From positions 1 to 32,469 of the forward strand of contig JBBQXJ010000055.1 of NCBI GenBank assembly GCA_038209745.1: a stretch of DNA of 32,469 bases, in the 5' to 3' direction. Below the pieces are notes generated by a model that did no database searches, had not been told where the DNA came from, and saw only the letters and a list, made by a program, of their open reading frames with translations. This DNA is from Verrucomicrobiota bacterium. Its GTDB lineage: Bacteria > Verrucomicrobiota > Verrucomicrobiia > Limisphaerales > CANJSG01. The position numbers and the translations under genes are program-made. Below, in pieces: positions 25,340 to 32,469 of the stretch (positions are counted from its first letter, which is position 1; each line of letters begins with the position of its first letter).

Positions 25340-26566
25340 TCATTCGAGGGCGAGCCACGACCGGGAGGCGCGATCCAGGGTGCAGCCCGGGATCGTGAGC
25401 ATGGCGAAGTGGGGCGCAAGGCGCGGTTGAACGAAGCGGCTAAACAGCACGCGTTGGATGACGACACGGCGGACGAGCGAAGCCATCCGCCCGCGCAACG
25501 TCCCCAGCCACATGCCGCGTTCCGCCCGGGTCGCGGCGACCTCGAACGCGGCCCGGCGTATCCGGTCGTAGGCCGCGAAACTGGAGGGAAGCGTTTCCGG
25601 TCGTCGCAGCGCGCGCGGCAGGATCTCGGCCAGCATTTCGGCATCCGCGAAACCGGTGTTCATCCCTTGTCCACCGATCGGGCTCATGACGTGGGCCGCG
25701 TCCCCGGCGAGGACGATCCGGCCGCTGTGATAACGTTCCACGACCATCCGCTTTGCACCGAACGTGCTGACGAAGGGGTCGGGTTCGGCGAGCAGATCGT
25801 AGCCCGTGAGCTGCTTGATCTGGCCGACCAGATGTTCGGCGGGAGACTCGCCCGGCTTGAGACGGTCTATCTGGAGGATCCACCGCCGTAGACCGCCCGG
25901 CAGCGGAAAGGATTCGACCGACCCTTCAGCGGTGAAGAAAAGGCGCGCTTCTTGGCCGAGATCGGTCTGGTCCCGAAAGTCCGCCATGATGAAGCGTTGC
26001 GGATAGGTTTTCTCACGCACGGTCAGACCCGTCGCCTCGCGCACCAGGCTCCGGTGTCCGTCGCAGCCCACCACGAACCGGGCCTTCACGGTGAAGCTTT
26101 GTTCAATGGTCGAAGCGCGGCAGCGGGTCGTGACCCAGTCGTTGTCTTGCTCCAATCCGGTGAACTTCACTCCGTCGCGGACCTCGACGGTGGGAAACTG
26201 CCCGAGATGGTCGCGCAGGATCTCCATTGTCTTCACTTGGGGAATCGACAGGAAGAAGGGGTATTCCGAACGGATCGCGGCGAAGTCGAGCCGGCCGAGT
26301 CTGCGGGAAGCCTCGTGTACTTCGGCGTGTCGCACGGGCACTCCGGCGTCTCGCAACGCAGTGTCCAGACCGAGCGGCTTGAGGATCTCCAGCGAGGGCG
26401 GCGTGACGCCGATCGCCATCGAGCCGGCCGGCGGACCCGTGCGCTGATCGCACACCATCGTCCGGACCCCGCGCGCGCCCAACAGGTTCGCGAGCAACAG
26501 CCCGATCGGGCCGGCGCCGACGATCAGAACGTCGGTCGAGAACGGTTCATCGGGGCGGGTCTCCAT
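25340..26566 (-). CDS. FAD-dependent monooxygenase (class A, aromatic hydroxylase-like)
   Basis: VGAGPIG, VGCDGHRSLVR (DG motif) and LAGDAAHVMSPIGGQGMNTGFADA (GD motif). Confidence 0.9.
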   Translation of the reverse strand: METRPDEPFSTDVLIVGAGPIGLLLANLLGARGVRTMVCDQRTGPPAGSMAIGVTPPSLEILKPLGLDTALRDAGVPVRHAEVHEASRRLGRLDFAAIRSEYPFFLSIPQVKTMEILRDHLGQFPTVEVRDGVKFTGLEQDNDWVTTRCRASTIEQSFTVKARFVVGCDGHRSLVREATGLTVREKTYPQRFIMADFRDQTDLGQEARLFFTAEGSVESFPLPGGLRRWILQIDRLKPGESPAEHLVGQIKQLTGYDLLAEPDPFVSTFGAKRMVVERYHSGRIVLAGDAAHVMSPIGGQGMNTGFADAEMLAEILPRALRRPETLPSSFAAYDRIRRAAFEVAATRAERGMWLGTLRGRMASLVRRVVIQRVLFSRFVQPRLAPHFAMLTIPGCTLDRASRSWLALE

Positions 26567-26596
26567 TTCAATCGACCGTGGAATCGGGGCCAAGGT

Positions 26597-27220
26597 TCAT
26601 GGCTTTTTTGAGGGGTCTCCGGGCAACGAAACATTCTTGTGAACGGTGACGTCCGCTTCGAGGCGGACCGTGTCTCCGACGCGGATGAAGCCCAGCACGG
26701 AGGGCGGCTTCAGGCCGTATTGCTTGAGGGAGACGTCCCAAGCCGCGTGGAATTGGATGTCGGAATCCGTCTCCAACCAGTGGGTCACCCGGACGGGAAG
26801 GGCGGTTTCTTGGGAGCGAATCTTCAGACTGAGGACCGCATTGGTGCCGGCCGGCCCCGGAATGGGCGCGGCCGAGACCGTCCCGTGCAGCACCGGATAG
26901 GAATTGGTGTCGATCATCGCGTGCATGTTGCGGTCCCGCTTCGTCTCGGCGGTCGCCATCAGGCCGGCGCGGACGTCCGCCTCGGCGGTCCAGGTGTTGT
27001 TCGACAGGATGAGCTGGAACGGCTGGGCCGGGAGCGTTCCTCCGAAGTCGTGGAGGGTGGAGGTTGCGGAAAAGCGGATGACGGCCTCGGCCGGCCAGCG
27101 GTGCGGTGGCTTTTCAGCCGGCGATTCTCCGCAGGCTGCGGCAAGGCCGAGGGAAAGGAGAGCCGCAGCGGCCCATCGGCGTTTACCGGACTGCTGAGTG
27201 AAATGCGATGGCCCGTGCAT
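26597..27220 (-). CDS. YceI family (polyisoprenoid-binding) exported protein, possible lipoprotein
   Basis: Signal-like KRRWAAAALLSLGLAAAC; FSATSTLHDFGG, KRDRNM and YGLKPPSVLGFIRVGDTV. Start uncertain. Confidence 0.75.
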   Translation of the reverse strand: MHGPSHFTQQSGKRRWAAAALLSLGLAAACGESPAEKPPHRWPAEAVIRFSATSTLHDFGGTLPAQPFQLILSNNTWTAEADVRAGLMATAETKRDRNMHAMIDTNSYPVLHGTVSAAPIPGPAGTNAVLSLKIRSQETALPVRVTHWLETDSDIQFHAAWDVSLKQYGLKPPSVLGFIRVGDTVRLEADVTVHKNVSLPGDPSKKP

Positions 27221-27484
27221 TGGACGATGCCTAGGATCCAGCGGAAGCCGATTCCGTTCAAACACCACTTGTTACGAATTCGGGCGGGTCTTCCCGACTA
27301 AACTTCCGCCCAAATCGGCCAACGGCACCCGGGTGTCCTTCGAAGCCGGCTACCAGGAACTCGTCGGTCGAACCCTTCATCTCCAGTTTCAAGCCGGATT
27401 CCGCTCCCGAGCCAGAAAATGCGTTCTGGTCCGATTCACCGGGGACGGAAAAGTAGAGACCAAGGAAGGGGATCCCGCCGAACC

Positions 27485-28426
27485 TCAGGTGAAATAGAAC
27501 CGGGTCAAATGGAAGAACACCGGCGCGGCGAAGCAGAGCGAGTCGATCCGGTCCATCATGCCGCCATGGCCTTCGATCAAGGCGCCGTAGTCCTTCACGC
27601 CGCGGTCGCGCTTGATGGCGGACATGACCAGGCCGCCAGCGAATCCGAGGCAGGTGATCGCGAGCGACATGCCGGCCGATTGCAGCGGCGTGAATGGCGT
27701 GATCCACCAGAGTCCGGCACCGATGGCCGTCGCCGAGGCGATTCCGCCGATGAAGCCTTCCCACGTCTTGTTCGGGCTGACGGTCGGAACCATGCGATGG
27801 CGGCCGAGCGTTTTGCCCCAGACGTATTGGAGCACGTCGCTTATCTGCGTCACTGCCACGAGGTAGAAGACCAGCTTGGCGTTCTGCCCTTCATAACCGG
27901 CGATCTTCAGCGTCATCAGGGCAGGGGCATGGCTCAGACAGAAGACGCAGACCATGAGCGCCCACTGGATCTTAGCGGTGCGTTCGAGGAACCGTTCGCA
28001 GTCGCCGGCCAACGCGCTGCGGACCGGGATGAAAAGGAACACGTAGACGGGGATGAGGATGCTGAAGAGGCCATACCATTCCTCCGCGATCATCCAGTAT
28101 TGCAGGGGCGTGATGATGAAGAAGGCCCAGAACAGCGTGCGATGATCGCCGGGCCGCGTGGGCGTGAGGGTGATGAACTCGCGCAGCGCGAGGAAGGACG
28201 CGAGGCCGAAGAGGACGAGCAGGCCGGTTTTGCCCACGAACAGCGAGCCCGCAAAGACGGCGGCGATGACCCACCATGCGGCGGTGCGGGCGTTAAGATT
28301 GGCCACCGTGGCGCGCCATTTCTCGTCGCCGGGCCGTTTGGCCAACCGCCAGCCAATGACGCTGGCCACGAGGAGGATTCCTAGGACGCCGCCAAAGAGC
28401 TTCAGCAATTGGGGGTCGAAGGTCAT
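27485..28426 (-). CDS. Phosphatidate cytidylyltransferase family protein, YnbB-like
   Basis: SDVLQYVWGKTLG, PTVSPNKTWEGFIGG and MSAIKRDRGVKDYGALIEGHGGMMDRIDSL. ATGA-coupled to the upstream acyltransferase. Confidence 0.92.
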   Translation of the reverse strand: MTFDPQLLKLFGGVLGILLVASVIGWRLAKRPGDEKWRATVANLNARTAAWWVIAAVFAGSLFVGKTGLLVLFGLASFLALREFITLTPTRPGDHRTLFWAFFIITPLQYWMIAEEWYGLFSILIPVYVFLFIPVRSALAGDCERFLERTAKIQWALMVCVFCLSHAPALMTLKIAGYEGQNAKLVFYLVAVTQISDVLQYVWGKTLGRHRMVPTVSPNKTWEGFIGGIASATAIGAGLWWITPFTPLQSAGMSLAITCLGFAGGLVMSAIKRDRGVKDYGALIEGHGGMMDRIDSLCFAAPVFFHLTRFYFT

Positions 28427-29025
28427 GTGTTTCGGAGGTTCCAGACGGCGAGACGGGCGCGCTCGAGGAAATCGGGTTTGGTTTCGCCGGAGGCCAATCG
28501 GAGAGGAGCGCCCAGCGTGAGGCTGCAGAGCGTAGGGACAGGCAGGCTTTCGCCCTTGGGCAGGACGCGGTTCAGGTTTTCCAGATAGACAGGGATGAGT
28601 TCGACATCGGGCTTTTGCTTGGCCAAATGGTAGAGACCACTCTTGAACGCTTCGGGTTCGGGACCGCCCTTCCGGCCGCCCTCGGGAAAGATGATCAGCG
28701 AATCGGTCGTGCCCATGGCGGCGATCATGGCGGTCAGGGGATTCGTGCCGGCCGTGACCTTTTGTCGTTCGATCAATATGGCGTGGAAGACGTGGTGGGC
28801 CAGATAGCGGCGGATCGGGCCCTTTTGCCAATAGTCGCGGGCTGCGACGGGACGCGTGGTGGTGCGCAGACTCGGAGGCAGCGCGGCCCAGATGACCAGA
28901 GCGTCGAGATTGCTGGTGTGGTTGGCGAAGTAGATGCGTTGCCGTGGGACAGGATCACAGCCCTGCCAATGGGCGCGGACGCCGCAGAGCAGTCGCACCG
29001 TGCCGGTGAGAAGCAGCGAGGTCAT
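28423..29025 (-). CDS. Lysophospholipid acyltransferase (PlsC family)
   Basis: NHTSNLD (HX4D), IFPEG and FKSGLYHLA. Confidence 0.92.
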   Translation of the reverse strand: MTSLLLTGTVRLLCGVRAHWQGCDPVPRQRIYFANHTSNLDALVIWAALPPSLRTTTRPVAARDYWQKGPIRRYLAHHVFHAILIERQKVTAGTNPLTAMIAAMGTTDSLIIFPEGGRKGGPEPEAFKSGLYHLAKQKPDVELIPVYLENLNRVLPKGESLPVPTLCSLTLGAPLRLASGETKPDFLERARLAVWNLRNT

Positions 29026-29684
29026 TGGGACTCCAGTTCACGGACAATGCGTCCGGTGCGGCGGAAGACGGTGACCAGGCCGCCGGCCACGACAATTCCC
29101 AATCCCAGCGGCAACGCTTTGGCCGCATCCGTCCACCACGGCGACGCGGCGGCGATCAGTGCGGCGACGGTCATCACGGCCATGCGCTGTTGCTTGGCCA
29201 TCGGTCCGCAGAAGTGTTGCGACGAGCCGGCTGCGACGCCCATTGCCCTGACATAGGCCGTGGCCACCGCCAGCACCGCCGCCAACCAGCCGAGTGCCGG
29301 CATTCCCACCACTTGGATCGGCAGGGCGTAGCCGGCGCCGATGAAGACGAACGCGTCGGAGAAGCGGTCGGGCAGTTCGTTGAAGACTTCGCCGGACCTG
29401 GTCTTGAAGCCGCCTTCGATCGCGACCATGCCGTCGAAGAGATTGCAGAGCAGCCGAAGCTGCATTCCGGCCGCCGCGCCCAGCAAGCAAACGATCCAAG
29501 CCGTGGGGCTTTCCGAGCGGCCGCCGAGCCAAAAAGCCAAGCCAGCTAATCCGCCGAAGACCGCACTGAACACCGAGATGATGTTCGGCCTTGCGCCGGC
29601 CTTGACCAGCCTGCGGGCGACCGCTGCGGCCCAACTTGTGTTCCGGGCGGCGATTGGGCGGCGGGAAGCCTCGTTTGGGTTCAC
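29022..29684 (-). CDS. CDP-alcohol phosphatidyltransferase family protein, YnbA-like
   Basis: RRPIAAR, PNIIS, RLLCNLFDGMVA...GEVFNELPDRFSD and GPMAKQQRM. GTG at 29684 chosen because the longer ORF is antisense to the dehydrogenase. Confidence 0.88.
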   Translation of the reverse strand: MNPNEASRRPIAARNTSWAAAVARRLVKAGARPNIISVFSAVFGGLAGLAFWLGGRSESPTAWIVCLLGAAAGMQLRLLCNLFDGMVAIEGGFKTRSGEVFNELPDRFSDAFVFIGAGYALPIQVVGMPALGWLAAVLAVATAYVRAMGVAAGSSQHFCGPMAKQQRMAVMTVAALIAAASPWWTDAAKALPLGLGIVVAGGLVTVFRRTGRIVRELESQ

Positions 29685-29692
29685 GAAGGCGG

Positions 29693-29720
29693 ACCATAAA
29701 GACTCCCAGGCGGGACACAA
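29693..29720 (-). promoter_or_regulatory. Candidate promoter of the phospholipid trio
   Basis: TTGTGT-N16-TATGGT, 8 nt before the GTG start. Confidence 0.35.
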
Positions 29721-29834
29721 TCCGACTTTGAGCGGAGTTCGGAACACGGCTCGCCGCTCCTTCCATTCCGGGATTCTGCGCCCGCAACAACGTCGGCCAT
29801 TGTGCGCCGGACGTCCTGTGGCAGTCTCTCGGAT

Positions 29835-30884
29835 ATGACTTCTACGAAAGCCTATTCTGCCCAGACCGCCACGTCCGCGCTTGCACCCTTTGTGATCCAG
29901 CGGCGCGACCCGTTGCCGACCGACGTGCAGATCGAAATCCTGTTCTGCGGCGTCTGCCATTCCGACATCCACCAGGCCCGCAACGAGTGGCAGAACACCG
30001 TGTTCCCCTGCGTGCCCGGACACGAAATCGTCGGGCGGGTCCTGAAGGTCGGCAGCGGAGTCAGTCGGTTCAAGGCGGGCGATACCGTGGGTGTCGGCTG
30101 CATGGTGGATTCCTGCCGCACCTGCCCGAGCTGTCGCCAAGGGCACGAGCAGTATTGCGATCAGTTTGCCATCTTCACCTACAACGGCCAGGACAAGCAC
30201 TCCGGCGGAGTCACCTTCGGCGGATATTCGGACAGCATCGTGGTGGACCAGGACTTCGTGCTGAAGGTGCCGGCGAATCTCGATCCTGCCGGCGTGGCGC
30301 CGCTGCTCTGCGCCGGCATCACCACCTTTTCGCCGATGCGGCACTGGAAGGTGAGCAAAGGCCAGAAGGTCGGCGTCGTGGGCCTGGGTGGTCTCGGCCA
30401 CATGGCGGTGAAACTGGCCCATGCGATGGGCGCACACGTCGTGATGTTCACGACCTCGCCCGGGAAGGTCGAAGATGCGAAACGGCTCGGGGCGGACGAA
30501 GTGGTCCTCTCCAAGAATCCCGACGAGATGAAGGCGCACGTCGGCAGCTTCGACTTCATCATCGACTGCGTCTCGGCCGAGCACGACATCAACGCCTACC
30601 TCGAACTGGTGAAGCACGACGGCACGATGACGCTGGTGGGCGCGCCGGAAAAGCCGCTTCCGCTGGTCTCGTTCAACCTGATCCTCAAGCGCCGCAACCT
30701 GGCAGGGTCCTTGATCGGTGGCATCGCCGAGACGCAGGAAATGCTGGATTTCTGCGGGAAGCACAACATCACCTCCGACATCGAGATCATCCCCATCCAG
30801 AAGATCAACGAGGCCTACACCCGCGTGTTGAAGAGCGACGTGAAATACCGCTTCGTCATCGACATGGCTTCGCTGAACGGCTGA
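29835..30884 (+). CDS. Zn-dependent NAD(P) alcohol dehydrogenase, cinnamyl-ADH/YahK-like
   Basis: CGVCHSD, GHEIVG, CRTCPSC...YC, APLLCAGIT, GLGGLGHM and VKYRFVID. Confidence 0.95.
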   Translation: MTSTKAYSAQTATSALAPFVIQRRDPLPTDVQIEILFCGVCHSDIHQARNEWQNTVFPCVPGHEIVGRVLKVGSGVSRFKAGDTVGVGCMVDSCRTCPSCRQGHEQYCDQFAIFTYNGQDKHSGGVTFGGYSDSIVVDQDFVLKVPANLDPAGVAPLLCAGITTFSPMRHWKVSKGQKVGVVGLGGLGHMAVKLAHAMGAHVVMFTTSPGKVEDAKRLGADEVVLSKNPDEMKAHVGSFDFIIDCVSAEHDINAYLELVKHDGTMTLVGAPEKPLPLVSFNLILKRRNLAGSLIGGIAETQEMLDFCGKHNITSDIEIIPIQKINEAYTRVLKSDVKYRFVIDMASLNG

Positions 30885-31077
30885 GCGAGCCGTCGGACTG
30901 GGTAGCGGAGGTCGTCCCGCCTCCCGGAAAAAAACGCCGCTCCCGTCAAGGGAACCGACTGTGTGGATGGTCGTCCCGATCCGCCGGACTGGAAGCCATG
31001 GCACCAAGTCGGGCGCGACGCCGGCAGCTGCTTCGCGCAACCCCCAGCGGCTTCCTGCCAGTCCTCAGGGCTTGGAT

Positions 31078-32103
31078 CTACGGCTGGGCCTTGATCTGCC
31101 TCGTGATCTCGAAGGCGAGGTCGAGGGCTTCCTTGGCGGAGGCGCCGCTGACTTCGGGCGTCAGTTTCTCCCGGACGCAGTTCACGAAATGCTGGAGCTC
31201 GAGCTTCAGGGGCTCGTCCTTGTTGATGGGGACGGGCTCGCGGACGATGCGTTTGCCGCCGAATTCGCTGACCACGGTGGCGCTGCTGCCGGCCAACGCG
31301 AGGAGCTTGGCGATGGCGGAGCTTTCGTTCTCCCCTTCGCGGGCGATGCGGTAGATGAAGCCTTCCTGGGCGCGGTAATCGAGGGAGATGTAGCTGGGCT
31401 GGTCGCCGCCGCTGAAGACGCGGATCTTGCGCATCCGTTCGGCGCTGACCCGGCTGACGGTGAGGTTGGCCACGCAGCCGTTGGCGAAACGCAGGCGGGC
31501 GTTGGCGATGTCTTCGCTGCGGCTGAGGACGTTGATGCCGACGGCGTCCACATTGACGACGGGCGACTTCACGAAGGCGAGGACGACGTCGAGGTCGTGG
31601 ATCATCAGGTCGAGCACGACGCCGATGTCGATGCTGCGGGCGGGGAAGGGGGAGAGGCGATGGGTCTCGATGAAGCGCGGCTGGGTGGCGACTTCCTGGA
31701 GGTAGCGGAAGACGGGGTTGAAGCGCTCGACGTGGCCGACCTGGAGCACGAGGCCGTGGCTGCGGGCGCGGTCGACGATGGCCGTCGCCTGGTCGGCCGT
31801 TTCGGTCATGGGCTTTTCGACGAGGACGTGCTTGTGGGCGGAGAGCAGTTTCTCGGCGATTTCAAAGTGGGTGACGGTCGGGGTGACGATGCTGAAGGCG
31901 TCGGCGGCGGCGACCGCTTCGTCGATCGAGGCGAAGACGCGGGTGCGGACCTTGTCGGCGACGCGGCGGGCGTTTTCGGCGGAGGCGTCGTAGACGCCGG
32001 TGAACTCGACCGCGCCGGCGGAGGCGAGTTCGGCATAGATGCGCGCGTGTTCCTTGCCGAGAGAGCCGGTGCCGATGACCGCGACCTTGATGGGTGAAGG
32101 CAT
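31078..32103 (-). CDS. Gfo/Idh/MocA oxidoreductase, GnnA/WbpB-like
   Basis: VIGTGSLG, HVLVEKP, QVGHVERFNP, DLMIHDLD, ANARLRF and SRVS. ATG at 32103. Confidence 0.85.
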   Translation of the reverse strand: MPSPIKVAVIGTGSLGKEHARIYAELASAGAVEFTGVYDASAENARRVADKVRTRVFASIDEAVAAADAFSIVTPTVTHFEIAEKLLSAHKHVLVEKPMTETADQATAIVDRARSHGLVLQVGHVERFNPVFRYLQEVATQPRFIETHRLSPFPARSIDIGVVLDLMIHDLDVVLAFVKSPVVNVDAVGINVLSRSEDIANARLRFANGCVANLTVSRVSAERMRKIRVFSGGDQPSYISLDYRAQEGFIYRIAREGENESSAIAKLLALAGSSATVVSEFGGKRIVREPVPINKDEPLKLELQHFVNCVREKLTPEVSGASAKEALDLAFEITRQIKAQP

Positions 32104-32331
32104 CGCCGATGATGGGAAGCGGATCGGCGAGGTGTCACGCGGATTGTCCGGCGCGACGTGTTCCGGTGATGGTGGCGGCAAGCGGTCGGTCCGCTGCGGA
32201 GGGTTGGCGTCTCGCCGACCGCGATTCGAGCGGCTCCGGCGAAAGGAGCCGGTGGTCAAGTTGGACGTCCTGCCCGGCCGGGCTGGATGTTACGGCTCCC
32301 CGGCTGGAGGGGCGCCCGCTACTTCAAATCT

Positions 32332-32469
32332 GGTTCCTCGCTGTTTTCAGTGGGTAGAGGGTAGGTCGAGGCGGCCGGCGGTGAAGTAGAGCATGGTGAT
32401 GAGGTTCTTGGTGGAGCGGAAGCCGCGGGCCTTGCGCTTGACGGCGGAGAAGACGCTGTTGAGGCCTTC
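32332..32469 (-). mobile_element. End of an ISL3-family insertion sequence, truncated by the window edge
   Basis: The transposase C-terminus runs into a terminus reading GGTTCCTCGCTGTTTTCAGTGG from 32332; ISL3 IRs start with GG. The flanking AT-rich 8-mer TCAAATCT (32324-32331) is a candidate target duplication. Confidence 0.82.
32347..32469 (-). CDS. ISL3-family transposase, C-terminal 40 aa (partial)
   Basis: Translated by hand: EGLNSVFSAVKRKARGFRSTKNLITMLYFTAGRLDLPSTH*, matching the ISL3 EGxN...KRxARGFR motif. Not in the ORF track. Confidence 0.88.
   Translation of the reverse strand, partial: EGLNSVFSAVKRKARGFRSTKNLITMLYFTAGRLDLPSTH

Noticed and set aside
30903..30955. Intrinsic terminator between the two convergent dehydrogenase genes
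   Set aside because: The A7 run lies on the wrong side of the stronger hairpin and the other stem is only 4 bp.
29685..31040. N-terminal extension making a 672-aa CDP-alcohol transferase fusion
   Set aside because: The extension is antisense to the alcohol dehydrogenase; homology starts near GTG 29684.

Overview
GC-rich bacterial chromosomal window. Gene style, scarcity of Shine-Dalgarno motifs and the intergenic palindrome families suggest Verrucomicrobiota/PVC, which is inference only. From left to right: (1) the 3' part of a flagellar operon, with fliK truncated at the left edge and carrying a 15-bp VPTTT tandem repeat, then flgD, a short flgE, fliL, fliM, fliN, fliO, fliP, fliQ and fliR, ending without flhB; (2) an AraC regulator divergent from a probable sugar-catabolic cluster (atypical xylose-isomerase-family enzyme, DhnA-type aldolase, GlcD/GlcF-like oxidase pair, Gfo/Idh/MocA oxidoreductase) whose spacers hold several REP-like palindromes; (3) a decayed PAS-kinase-receiver gene; (4) a compact C39-like peptidase + RLAN/RimK ATP-grasp ligase + glutamate-cysteine-ligase-family operon, a predicted peptide ligation system of unknown product; (5) a DUF218-like gene, tRNA-Ser(GCT), tRNA-Arg(TCG) and yajQ; (6) a minus-strand run of an ABC-2-type permease, a DHA2 MFS exporter, a UbiE-like methyltransferase, an FAD monooxygenase, a YceI protein and a YnbA/acyltransferase/YnbB-like phospholipid trio; (7) a Zn alcohol dehydrogenase, a GnnA-like oxidoreductase and the end of an ISL3-family element at the right edge. 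The best candidates for uncharacterised systems are the peptide-ligase trio, the sugar cluster and the YceI-monooxygenase-methyltransferase-exporter cassette. All calls come from reading motifs by eye; no searches were run.
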